A DNA stretch of 64,000 bases from Octopus vulgaris (taxonomy: Eukaryota): NCBI GenBank assembly GCA_951406725.2, contig OX597815.1, positions 61,504,001-61,568,000 on the forward strand, given 5' to 3'. A program made the position numbers and the translations under genes. Positions 26,102 through 39,659 of this stretch are shown here, one piece after another; position 1 is the stretch's first letter, and each line of letters begins with the position of its first letter. A model generated the notes under the pieces. The model ran no database searches, was not told the DNA's origin, and worked only from the letters and a program-made list of their open reading frames with translations.

Positions 26102-27772
26102 TCTTTTTTTTAATGGCCACAAGGGTCGAACACAAAACAAAATGTTAATACTAAAAGAAGGGACAAGTAGGGCTTAACAAAACTACGTATAAACAATAAA
26201 ACGTTAACAATTAAGAACAAAATGTAAACAATAAAAATCAACCAAAACGGGAGAGTTCCAACCAAAGGCAACTAAGAAACCCCACACATCTGGTTACCTC
26301 GACCACTGACGTCACTCTAGGCAGACACCGCTCTCCCCTCATATCATCCGGCGTACATGCATGTGTTCAGAGCAGGCGCATTCGCTCGGGCCATCCTCGC
26401 CATCTTCATCTACCTTTTAACAAAACTACTGAGGTGGTGGGGACGGGGTCAGCACTTCCATCTCCAACCTCACATCTCTTTTCAAGTGGAACTATAAAGA
26501 AGTCGTGGCTTGACAGAAGAGGAAAGTATCTGTCTTCTGTACTTTTAACTTTCCACCACTCTGTCCGTCTGAGACAACCTCCGTGGCTACAGAGCTTGTC
26601 ACGAACCGGCAGAGCCCACTGGAAGCATTGCTTGGCAGGGATTACTGGAAATTATCATGAGTCCCGGCCCGAAAATCCTACTCAAGAGACCAGATGATTG
26701 ATCCATACCGACGCCCAGAGCTTCCTCCAAGGACCTTGTCGTTCTTGCTCACAACTAACCCTCTATAGAACTCCATTATGGAAATTCCACTGACCGTATT
26801 GCCCGACTAACAGAGGGCTGAGAGCGCTTGCTGACACTCAGATGCCAAGCACCATTTATCGGTTTTAGCTTGATCCAGGACTATAGTTCCATCAATGAGA
26901 CGAGCTGCAAAAAATGCTGTCTGACAAACAGTAACTACACAGTCAAAGAAACGCGGGAGTTGTCGAAGCCTCTCAGCACAAGTCTGAGCATCATTATCCC
27001 TCAGCGTGCCCAGTCCTCCACTCAGCAGTTGCTGACAGCAGATAGATCGTCTGACGAGTGGAACACGTTCCTTCTGCAGAAAGCGAATAGCAAGTGCTAC
27101 AGCTTGATAAGCAACGAGGTAGGGCAAGGAACGACAGTCAGGTGGAGGTAAATTACTGAAGCGATGTATACATTGGCCACCTCCGCTGGCCCTTCTGGGA
27201 CAGCTCCCTCTCAGACAATTTCTGTTCGTGACCTCCCAACCTGTTCTTGTCCACCTGGAAGCCCTGGCCCAACCAAACACTAAGCAATTTAACCAATCCT
27301 TCCATCCAGCGTCCCATAACGCTGTCGGTCAGCATTGACCTGTCTTCAGTTACCGAGCGAGCTGCAGCACTACCGACTTCTGGCTAATCTTTGTTCCTAT
27401 CACAGCTTCGTACTTTTTTAGGGTGGTGCCGATCACTTTGATTTCCAAGACGTCAGACACTGTTGTTGTGACGTTGTCCGCATAAACTGGCACGAACCTT
27501 CCGCATCCTAGTTCTCACGGATGCCCCTCGAAACATTCAGGTTCCATAGCAATGGTTCGAGACCCAGCACGTACAGAAGAGGCGAGAAAAGGCATCCTTG
27601 ACAGACCGAACGTGCGATACTAAATGATTCCGAAAAGTGGCCATTCACTTTGATCAGTGACTAGATGTTGCTATACATTGCAACGATCCAGCTTCTGAAG
27701 ACGGGACCGAAACCGTCCGCCGCGAGGATAGCCTCCAAGTATGCGTGGTCAAGCCTATCAAGAGCTTTTGGT
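26102..27772 (-). mobile_element. Tx1 (L1-clade) LINE, 5'-truncated and decayed, with (ATT)n tail
   Basis: [37 protein letters not shown] and ALPVRDKL align with ORF2 of the Tx1 at 58531-63412. Confidence 0.75.
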
Positions 27773-27786
27773 ATATGTATATATAT

Positions 27787-28310
<524 letters not shown>

Positions 28311-28809
28311 TGTATGATATAGGGAATAAATAATATGATATAGGGAATAAATAATACCGTCTGTTTACGGAAACTATTGTCAAGTCATTTTGCCTCTTCA
28401 CTTCAATTATTACTTTTATTATTTACTCTGTGGGGTTAACATTAAACCTAGAGGATCTTACCGTGGAGTTGTGTGGTGCTCCGTTTAGTATCATTCGAAG
28501 TATTACGGACCTCGTTTTGATTTTTGAATAATGTGAAAGCCACGATCGTGTGTGATGTGCTAAGGATGTGAGAGCCAGGATTATAATTATTCCGTTTGTC
28601 TATCTATTCATCTATATACATATAAAAACGGTAAGATAACAAAAGAAAGAAAGAGACCTCAATATTATGTAAATAGAGGAAATTTATCTATAGAATAATA
28701 TGTTACAATTACTCAATAGTCAAAATAAAACTCTGTGTTTAAGATGCCATCTCTTCGGTTATCTGGCCATCTGAAAAACACTATGAAAAAATACCGTTAT
28801 ATAAAGGGA

Positions 28810-31545
28810 AATTACTGTTATAATTCTGCTAACCCAAGGCAACCAAGATTCATCGTCAAGGACCATAAACCAAACTTCCAAACCAACCCAGCATTAAGGC
28901 TCATTTGCCCTTCTAGTTCCGACATCGGTTCCATAAGTAAGTACATTTTAGATAAATACATACCTAGATTAGTTAATAAGCTTAAACTCAACATATGGTC
29001 TAACTCCACTCAAGTCGTAGAATGGTTCTCTTCCATTTCTAATAAAAATAGCACTAAATTCATTCAATTCGATATTTCCAATTTCTACCCTTCGATAAAC
29101 CCCATCGTGCTCAATAAGGTCCTATGGCACGCACATAACAAGGCAGGGCTGACAAGGGAGGAAATTAATATAATTCTAGCCGCTAGAAAATCCTTCATTC
29201 AATTTTTGACAACGAACTAACTAAGGCCAATTTCTTAGATGTTACACTAAATTTGCATAATAATTCTTACTTCCCTTACCATAAGCCGTCTACGAACCTA
29301 AAATATGTCAGTATTTTCAGTAACCATGCAAAAACTATCACCGATAATTTGATTAAAAATATATCCTTAAGACTATCTAAGTTATCAGCAAATGTCGACA
29401 TTTTTAAACAGAAAGCAGAATTTATAATGCCGCCTTGTCAAAGGCCGGTTATAGGGATAAGGTATCATATATCGATCCGGCCCATCCTAAACTAATATCT
29501 GCCCATCAAGATAAGATAACTTCTAATAATAATATAAATAACATAAATAGTGATTTCAGCTCTAGCAACGTCGACACAAATATATTTTACAATAATAACT
29601 TACGGACCAGGGGAGGCCAGCGTAAACCTAAACCCATTCTACAACACAGAAATATACCCTTTAATGTAAATGTCAACACTCTCAGCCATTCCAAGAACAA
29701 AAAAAATTATATCTGGTTTGTGATTCCTTTCGAGAGACAAATCAGGTCTAATCTCCCTTTACAATTCCGTGAAGCCGTTCCTAAGAATTTTCCTAGGAAT
29801 TCTAGATACTACTCCATTATAAATTCGCATAAAGTAAGAATAGCATTCTCAAATACTAAAAATCTTTCGCAGGTAATAGCTTCCCACAATAATAAGGTGC
29901 TAAATAGGGTCTCTCCACCCATGAGTAGTGACACTGCCCTTACCCATTCCAACGTAACATACAATAATAATAATAATAATAATAATAGAAGTAGTATGGA
30001 TATTAGCAACATTCATAGCAGCATTAGCGTTAGCAATAGTAATAATGATAATAACATTAGCCAGATTATTAACAGTGGTGGTGTTAGTGGTAATAGTACC
30101 AGCATTCTTAATAACAGTTATATTATTGATGATAACAATCGCAGCATTCCTATAGCCAGGGAATTTGCCGACGATATTACAACTAATAGTAATGATAATA
30201 AGATGAATAGTATCGTGGCCAAAGCCAGCAACAAGTTTTACACCTATCACAACAATAAAAACTCTGTCTTAGTATCGGAAACCAACCCCAACAGATTAAA
30301 GTTCTTATCCAAAAATTCCAAAATTAGAAACACCACTTACCAATGCAAAATCTCTTCTGGAACCGATGTCTACTTCTATATTGGCGCAACCTCTTCTAAA
30401 TTAGCCCAAAGGATCTCGAACCATTATTCCACTATCAGAGATAAGAGAAAGAACACAGCACGGGGCTAAGCAAATTAGTCTGGCGTCTGAAGAACAATAA
30501 CACTACGTTCAAGCTCGAATGGTCCATTTTGTCGGTGTCCTTCCCGTTTGATAAAGGCAGAAAATTTTGTGGCATCTGTAATTCCGAACTTTTTCATATT
30601 TTGTTCGCCAAAGGCCCTTTAATAAACACAATCGTCGAAAGATCCTACAGGTGTTTACACTGGAAAAGACACACCTTTCACTCATATAAATAGTGACTAA
30701 TATAGATAACCCCGCGATTTCCAAAAATCATTTTTGCTATATTTCACCCCAATAGTCAAAAAGATTTTCTTATATTCCCAATTACTACAATCCATTCTTG
30801 CGTTGCTTCTCACCTCGCCCGATTCTTTCTCCCTTTCGCTATCTACTTTCCTTTCTCTACAGTAAACATAATCGAACACAGACACAGACCTTTCACCTCA
30901 CAGCTGTCAGTTTTCTGACATCTACCCATCCACAAACACAATCACGCATTCAGACACACACATACACACATTAAGACAGTTATACACAGTCACACACACA
31001 GGCACTCATTCACAAAAGAAATCATTTAAACCCACCATTCTTTTGACCTGCACTCTCTCACCTTACTATTCTTATTCCTCCCTCCTCCTACTTCGTTTGA
31101 ACTCTTGAACCTTTAGAAACTTCTAGATTCTTCTACATTCAGCCACTCTGACGTCACTCATTATAAAGAGACACTCATTATCGCCATGGGCTCCTTGAGA
31201 GCGGTCAGCTAAAAGTTTTTTGTGCATTTTGATGTCGACATAAGTTCCTTGATTCTCCTGATGAGAAATCTGCATAATGTACTCCTTATTCCTTCGGAAT
31301 TAGGAATATGCAGCCTTCGAAACATATGTCGAGAATAAAGGATATTTGTTAACTAGTTGTTCAACTCCATTCTTTCATATACTTATAATTTTAAAATAAA
31401 CATACAAATTTCCTGCACGAAGACACGTAGTCTATGCCCTAGGGACGTAGCTTCAACCGTGTTCTTTCTGATGTGAATTTGCTACCCAGGTATCGGTTAT
31501 CTTTCGAATTATCCTTAATAATATAATTCATTCAATTACTCAAAT
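28810..31545 (+). mobile_element. Penelope-like element (RT plus GIY-YIG), internally deleted
   Basis: RT N-part KDHKPNFQTNPALRLICP and FIQFDISNFYPSI; thumb NFLDVTLNL..PYHKP..SNH; GIY-YIG-type TYQCKI..YFYIGAT..RISNH..LSKLVWRLK..CGIC. The YxDD core is missing near 29210. A hammerhead lies in the 3' region. Confidence 0.85.
31252..31336 (+). ncRNA. type I hammerhead ribozyme
   Basis: ATTCTC-CTGATGA-GAA..CTGCATA...TATGCAG..TTC-GAAAC-ATAT-GTC-GAGAAT: 6-bp stem I, intact CUGAUGA/GAAA core, extended stem II, palindromic ACATATGT stem III and GUC cleavage triplet. Confidence 0.85.
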
Positions 31546-32462
31546 ATATATATAAAAATACAAAATGGGACAAGAACGCAAAACACTCAAAGAGACGACA
31601 CAAAAAACGGACGGGTCATTCGATGCCTTCAATCTTCAGTCAAGAACCGGATCATCCTCGCAATTTCGGCTGATTAATCTTGAGATCGTTCCGATCCGGC
31701 CAGCCCCAAGGAAAAACTAAGCTACGATCATTAGATTTCTTGGAAAAAGGATCGAATATATACGAAACAAGGACAGAAAAACGGACGAAGCCACACGAAT
31801 GTAAATACAAAAAGCAAAAGGTAATACGAATATAAATACAGAAAAAACAATAATAATAGTAATAACAACAGGTGTCTTTCGACTTTAGACAGTTCAACTT
31901 AGCTTAGTTGGCGTATTTGAAAAAATAATGCCTTACGGCAGACGAAAGTTTCGATGTTGTCGTGGCGACGCTCAGAAGCCTAAAGGCTAGAGTTGACCGG
32001 CGGTCACGTGAGAAGAGAACAGAGAGAAAAAAGAGGCAAAGGAATCAAAGAGAGAGAGAAAAAGAGGGACAAAGACACCAAGGTGGGGGAGAAGAGAGAG
32101 AAAGAAGGAATTAAGGAGGGGAGAAGAAAGAGAGCGTGGCAAGGATTGGTGGGACAAAAGAAAGGCAGGGTCAGTGAGGTGCAAAGTGAGAAAGGCAGAG
32201 AAATGTGAGAGAGTGGGGGAAGAGGAGACCAAAGAATCAAAGAGGCGAGGAAAGAGAAAGACAGAGACCAGTGAAGTATAAAGAAAGTGTGTGTAGAAGT
32301 CGTACAAGGTTTAGTGGAATGCTTATATACATATAAGACAACAAGGTGAACGTTACGCCGCAATAATTTATGTATAAAAAATATATATAACAAAATACAA
32401 AATGGGCCAAGAAATCAAAACATCCAAATAGACGACACAAAAACGGACGGGTCATTTGAAGC
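31545..32462 (-). mobile_element. second copy of the non-coding PLE-like element
   Basis: Reverse complement of 18780-19735. Terminal direct repeat AAAATGGG..ACGGACGGGTCATT at 31562 and 32399 (period ~837). Confidence 0.7.
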
Positions 32463-32476
32463 ATATATATATATAT

Positions 32477-32731
32477 ATATATTATATAGAGGGCATTATT
32501 ACACATAAATGCCTCACACTAAGAGGGACATAAGTCATTACTACCAAAGATTTCACACATTTTTTATGCGGTGAGTGCGAAATCACAGGTGATATAGGAC
32601 TAAATTCATTTTTTAAATGTCTTGCTTTGAAAAACTGCATTGGGTATGATTAATGAAATTTTTGGTAGTAATGACTTATGTCCCTCTTAGTGTGAGGCAT
32701 TTATGTGTAATAATGTCCTCTATATAATATA
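32477..32731. repeat. inverted repeat, ~80-bp arms with ~95-bp spacer
   Basis: TATATTATATAGAGGGCATTATTACACATAAATGCCTCACACTAAGAGGGACATAAGTCATTACTACCAAAGATTTCA is mirrored at 32653-32731 with a few mismatches. Confidence 0.9.
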
Positions 32732-32870
32732 AATTATGTTAAAAAAAAAATTATTTTCGAATTTTTTCTCTTATGAGGTTTTTCACGCTAACTACCTGAT
32801 AATTTCTTGTTAAGATTCCTTATTTAGAAGTTATCCTTAATTGTTAAATATATATATATATATATACATA

Positions 32871-32944
<74 letters not shown>

Positions 32945-32948
32945 CATA

Positions 32949-32988
<40 letters not shown>

Positions 32989-33182
32989 AAAAAGGAGATG
33001 TGGAACACGAGTTGTGATATATAAAAAAAGGAAATGAAGAAAATGCTGACAAAATAATTTAAGTAAGGAAGAGTGTATTTAATTAGGTGAAAGTTCTTTT
33101 TACCGGTTGCGCATTTGTTATGCTTATCAAAAGATATTTTTTAAAGAGAGATAGAGTTCCTTTCTGATAGATTCTTTTCTCT

Positions 33183-33393
<211 letters not shown>

Positions 33394-33405
33394 GAGATAC
33401 ATAGA

Positions 33406-33485
33406 TAAGTCCTGGGGTCGATTTGTTCTACTAAGGGCGGTGCTTCAGCATGGCCGCAATCAAATGACTGAAACAAATAAAAGAA
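33406..33485 (+). mobile_element. SINE 3' tail fragment
   Basis: TAAGTCCTGGGGTCGATTTG...CAGCATGGCCGCAATCAAATGACTGAAACAAATAAAAGAA; related tails at about 20705, 51920 and 63550 on the minus strand. Confidence 0.65.
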
Positions 33486-33580
33486 TTATATATATGTATA
33501 TATATATATATGTATGTATGTATGTATATATGTATATATATATATATGTATGTATGTATGTATATATGTATTTATATATG

Positions 33581-33614
<34 letters not shown>

Positions 33615-33687
33615 TGTATAGCTTTCCACATTTGATTATTCCATCTTTGAACTTCTCTGCATTAAGATCTGAAATTTTAGATCCCTT

Positions 33688-33811
33688 CTACCTGATGAAG
33701 GAATCTCGTCTCATCCTATGCTAAATGTATCTATTCGACCGCATTTTGTGATGACTAAATCTACTAACATTATTATGGATTGTCGCCAGTCCCCAGAAAC
33801 AGCTGTTGGAT
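33688..33811 (+). ncRNA. degenerate hammerhead-like motif
   Basis: CTGATGA-AGG...~95 nt...CCA-GAAAC-AGCT-GTT; palindromic ACAGCTGT stem III, weak stem I. Confidence 0.4.
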
Positions 33812-34221
33812 TCATAATATCTTTATTCCACTCCTTTAAATTTCTCTGTCATTTGTATTCTGTGTAAGTTGGACCTATTTATATAAATACAAATATATTT
33901 ATAGATATAAATTCATTCATCATCTGAAAGTTTCCATCTTTTGCTGTGATGTACTCAATATATTTAATATATTTGATGTTTCTGATTTGCTTGTCCCCAT
34001 AATTGCTTCTATATTATATGTATGTATGCATGTACGTACACACACAGAGACAGACAGACTGACTGAGAGACAGACAGACAGACACACACACACACACACA
34101 CACACATACATAGCGAAACAGACAACCAATCGTACACATTTTGTTTCGTTAGGATTCATATATAAAGAGGAATAAAGAAATCGTTGTAAATTGTTAACCA
34201 AACCAATTCCTATTTATAAAT

Positions 34222-34302
34222 GGTTCTGATGAAGCTATAGAATGTTGCACAAAAACTCGACATTGAGTGCATTGCTTCTTATTGCAGAAACAGCAATAAA
34301 CT
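34222..34302 (+). ncRNA. degenerate hammerhead-like motif
   Basis: GGTT-CTGATGA-AGC...GCA-GAAAC-AGCA-ATA-AACT; core intact, stem III and cleavage site mutated. Confidence 0.35.
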
Positions 34303-34331
34303 AATAAAGTCGATTACGTGACTCCAGTTCC

Positions 34332-34420
<89 letters not shown>

Positions 34421-35463
34421 TCCTGTTAGGTGAAAATTATTCTGTTACAGAATTACGGACAAACTGTCTCTCACTTCCAGAAGTCTTATAGTTACGAAGA
34501 CTCATTACGTACGTAGTTTAAAAATTTAATCAGACATCCGGCTAGACTCGTCTTTCACTCTTTCCGTGGGTGATGATTAATTATATATCAGTAATGGGTG
34601 TATATATCATATACCAGTAATCTACTGCGTATCATATTATTCGACGACACCACTCCCCTACACATATTTGGCCGTCAGCCAGAATAAGAAATCTGTCTTT
34701 TCATTTATAGTGCCTTTATTGCCTCTCTCTTCCTCTCTCCATCTCCCTCACTCTCCCTCTCTCTATGTCTCCCCTCTCTCTCCCTTTTTCCCTCGCGCTC
34801 ACTTCTCTTTCTATTCTCATCTTTCTCTCTCAGTCTCACTCTCTCTCTCTCTCTCAATCTCTTTCACCCTCTCTCTTTCTTCCGTTCACATACACTCGCT
34901 CTCACTCTCTTCCTCTTCTCTCTTCCTCTCTTGTTCTCTTGTTTTCTTTATATTTCATCTTCATTTTCCCTCCTATTCACATCTCTTTCCTCACTCACGC
35001 TCTCACTCTCCCCCCCACTTCCACTCCCCCTCTGTTTCTTCTTCCATCGCCATTTTTTCACGTTCTTCCTGTCAACATCTTTGACAAGCTGGAATGTTAC
35101 GTGAAAATTTAGATGTTGTTGTTATTGTTACTGCTGATATTGTTGTCACGGTTGTCGACTTTGATGTTGCTATGTTGGAGATGGGGTTTGTTTTGAGGGA
35201 GTGGTGGTGGTGGTGGTGGTGGTGGTGGTAGCGGCGGCGGTAGTGGTGGTGGGTGATTAGAGATGTGGTGAGGGCAGTGACTGTGGTGCAAGGTGACGGA
35301 TGGTGTTGATGAACTGGGAAGGTCGGCTGGTAGCGGTGTTGGTGGCTTTGTCGGCGACCGTGGTAGCGGTGCTGATGGTACTGCTTGTAGTGATGATGGT
35401 AGTGCTGTCGGGGTGTGATAGCTGTGGTGGTGTTAGTGGTAGTTGCAATAAAGTTGTTTGTTA

Positions 35464-35519
<56 letters not shown>

Positions 35520-35801
35520 ATGGTAATAGTGAGAATAGAAACTGAGAATGCCGGTTGGTGGGGGTGTGGTGATGGTGTTAGGTTTGTAGCAGCGCTTGGT
35601 CGTCATTACTGTATTAAGACCATGTCCTCTTCAGAAGTTTCTTGATGATGATGATAATGATGATGGTTATGATGATGATGAGGAGGAGGACGACGAGGAC
35701 GAAGAAGAGGAGAAGGACGAGGATGGTAGTAGTGGTGTAATCGCTAAGAAAACTGCCTTGAACTTCACACCATTCCTATGCCTCTTAAACCTTTGAATCG
35801 C

Positions 35802-35854
<53 letters not shown>

Positions 35855-36496
35855 CAGCAGCAGCAGCAGCACAGCAGCAGTAGTGGTAGTAGTAGTACTA
35901 GATATTATTGTAGTTGGTGGTGGTGTTGGTAGCCATTATCAGCGTTATGTATTTGTTTAGCCCAAGGTGTAACTTGAACCAGTAGGCCTATGATCTAACT
36001 TCCATGAAAATTCTATCTGTTTCTCACGTGCAGGAAACCGAAGACTCCATAATCTATACGATATTTTCTGTTCTATGCTGTTGAGGTATGAGGTTTGTGT
36101 TGGGGAAAAGATTTAACATTTAATTCTGTTTACTACGTAGTAGCCCCCTCGTTAGCGTCTTAATCTCTGGTGATGTCTAATAGTGACCCTACATACATAA
36201 CCATTGGCAACAGGATAAACTTATCATTCAAGTCCAGAAAATATTGCAGTGCTACTTACTTACCCCTTCTCTTCAAAAAACAGATATGACCTGCATGGGT
36301 ATACTTTTCAGAACCCAGAGCCATGCTGTTGCTACACACTCAAACATCATGGATCACAATTGAAATAAAAGGATACAACTAAATGATGGACAAACATTCA
36401 GCCAGCAACACATAACAACCGCATGATCACTGTTCTTTCTTCTATTAGAATGGCTTTGCATGCTTGCAATTAATTACAGGCCATCTCCCTTTCAAC

Positions 36497-36640
36497 TCTT
36501 CTTCTTCTTCTTCTTCTTCTTCTTCTTCTTCTTCTTCTTCTTCTTCTTCTTCTTCTTCTTCTTCTTCTTCTTCTTCTTCTTCTTCTTCTTCTTCTTCTTC
36601 TTCTTCTTCTTCTTCTTCTTCTTTTTCTTCTTCTTCCTTT
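36497..36640. repeat. (TTC)n microsatellite
   Basis: Long pure TTC tract. Confidence 0.95.
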
Positions 36641-37195
36641 TCTTGAGCACTGGGGGCGCACTCACGCTCGCAAACATGCACACACGCACACATACACACA
36701 CACGCACACATACATAAACACGGAAATGCACACTTACGCACACATGTATACATAGTCAGCTATATAAATATATAGTATTATATGAATAATCACGTACATA
36801 AAAATATGTTTATACATAGTCACTTGTATACATACACACACGTATACACAAATATGAATTCGTTGTCACCTATAGATAAACAGACACACATACACACACA
36901 TATATAGATGCATAGATACGAACACGCGTCATAATAAGCGTAAGCACACATATATACACTAATACATGCATAAGCCCCACCACATCCGCAGCACATACAA
37001 GACGAAACTTATGGAAAATAGGAAGCAGTTTAGATATAAAAAATGTATTAATACAGCAGAAAATAACAAAACAATATTAATAAATAAATTGAAAATGAAA
37101 TAAAATCCCTAAATTTCGGTGTTAAATAAATCACACATACACATACACATCCGTACATGCTCACACATACATGCACATACATACAACTATATGTG

Positions 37196-37247
<52 letters not shown>

Positions 37248-37327
37248 TGTATGCATACTACATATATATATATACTCGCACACACAAATATTTACATATA
37301 TATATTTATTTATGTATATATTATATG

Positions 37328-37359
<32 letters not shown>

Positions 37360-37456
37360 TACTTTATTATATTGTCATGTATCATACTTTATATGTATAC
37401 ATACGTTTATAGTGTCAGAGAAGAAGCTTGTGTATGCGCATGATAGAATGCATATA

Positions 37457-37515
<59 letters not shown>

Positions 37516-38342
37516 GTATATACATATATATGTATATATATGTATGTATATGTATACATATGTACGTATGTATGCGCGTATGTATGTATCTATTATGTAG
37601 GTCTGTATGTATATGTTTGTATGTATGTGTGTGTTGTACGTGTATTCCTGTATTTGTGTGTGGGTGGGCGTGTATGTGCGTCTATGCGTTTATTTGTGTG
37701 CAAACGTATACGTAGTAAGAGACAAACAGGACTGGAAATAAAAATATAAGTAAAAATGTAAGAAATAAATGATAAAAGAAAACCAACAAACCAAAGCGGC
37801 AAATGTAAATATGACTTTCTTTATTATGTTTGTTATGGTTCTCTGCTCTTCGTTGTGTGTGAGTATGTGCACGTGTGTGTGTGTTTGTGCGCGTGTGTGT
37901 GTGTGTGTGTCTGTGCAAGTATGTATACAAGCACACACACATATATATTGTCTATACTACCTATATATTGAAATATATGTTTGTGTGCGTATGTGTGAGT
38001 GTGGCGCGCACGCGCGTATCTGTATGCATAAAAATATATACACATAAGTATATGATAAATATATAAAATATATCTGTGTATATTTCTATAAAAATATATC
38101 CACACATCTGTGCTTGTACATGTATATATGTGTGCATGTATATGTGTTTGTGTTTCTGCATTGTTTATATTTACATATTTGTTTTTTTTAATATTTATTT
38201 GCATATTATTTTTCGCTATAGTTGTTGTTGTGTTTATTTGGACGACAATATGGAGTCAGTTTGAAACACAAGGGAAGACATTTTGTTGGCCTCATCAATG
38301 TCACCGATACAAGTTCAACGCACATAAGTGTGTATATATATG

Positions 38343-38377
<35 letters not shown>

Positions 38378-38392
38378 CTGTCTGTGCATGCA

Positions 38393-38465
<73 letters not shown>

Positions 38466-38609
38466 TACATGCATATATATATATATGTATACATACACAT
38501 ATGCACATTCGCACGCATATTAGGCATTGAAAAGAAAAAGAAGACAGGGTGAGAAAGAAAGTTTTAACAAATATTATATTAATTTTAACTTAACACGAAG
38601 GAAAAAAAT

Positions 38610-38643
38610 TTTGATGTTTCGAACACTAGTCCTTCATCAGAGA
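38610..38643 (-). ncRNA. degenerate minimal hammerhead of PLE type
   Basis: Minus strand TCT-CTGATGA-AGGACTAGTGTTC-GAAAC-ATC-AAA, close to the minimal PLE pattern CTGATGA..GAAACGTC. Confidence 0.4.
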
Positions 38644-38699
38644 AAATATATGAAAAAATTTGGAGGGAAAATAAAAAGAGAAAAATTGGTTGAAAAAAA

Positions 38700-38940
38700 C
38701 AAACACAACCTTGTTTCACACTAATTGTGACAGAAAAGAAGATACCACTCGCCATAATGCCGACATGAAATTGGTCCACCATATGTACAAACATTGGCAG
38801 ACGACTATATTTGGAAAAGACTCTCCAACCATCATGGTTCAGTATGAAAGCCTTTGGGCGATCAACAAAGGTGATATATAAGGACCAATTCTGCTCTTTA
38901 TACTTCTCTTGAATCTGTCTTACTGGAAAGATCACATCAG
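38700..38940 (-). mobile_element. old RTE RT fragment
   Basis: IFPVRQIQEKYKEQNWSLYITFVDRPKAF...VKQGCV. Confidence 0.7.
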
Positions 38941-39219
38941 TTAAGTGTTTTTCATATTTCAGTAGGAATTGAACCTGTACCGGGTTGTTTATTAAACGAT
39001 AGTCACTTTATAGAGTCAAAATATGCGAGAACTTTACCAAGAGTTGATGGTCTGTTTAGAATAGTTTGAAAATGTTCATCTCATTTTGTCCGTATTACTT
39101 GTTCGTGTGCGATACGTTTATTTCTATTTGCTGTGAAAATGGGTGAAACATCAACGCCGTTTGTCTTTAAATTTGCAGGGATAATTCTAAAATTTTTCAT
39201 AATTTATGTCAACATAAAT

Positions 39220-39560
39220 TAGCGTCTCCCAACCCCTTTCTTCAAACCAAATTGTTTTTCATGATCCTTAGTTTTGTTTTTCTAGGGTGCACTTTTACAT
39301 GAACTCAGTTTTTGATGGTGAGTTTCTGTGGGTAGGTGGGTGGGTTTACTACTGACAGCTTTAATAAACTTATCTTTCTCTTGCAGAAGTATTTGGATTT
39401 CGTTGTCATTTCTTCAAAACAATCCTGGTGTTGTCTACATCAATGGCATGGGAATCAATGGTAGAGCGGTATGAAGTCTGATCTCTCAGTCAGCAGGGCA
39501 GAAGAATGGCTTTGTTTAGTTTTTCAAACGTTTTCAGAAAAGACTTTTGGAAGGCTGATG
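39220..39560 (-). mobile_element. possible decayed Tc1 transposase N-terminus
   Basis: Degenerate ..TERSD..RIVLKK*QRNPNTSARE..SCKSAP*KNKTKDHEKQ loosely resembles the Tc1 paired-like region. Confidence 0.3.
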
Positions 39561-39659
39561 GTTTGAGATTGGCTACCTTCAGTTTCTGTTGTCTTTTACA
39601 AGCAGGTGGGATTTGAACTCAGAGGATATACTGCTAAATATTTTTCTCACTCTTCTAAC

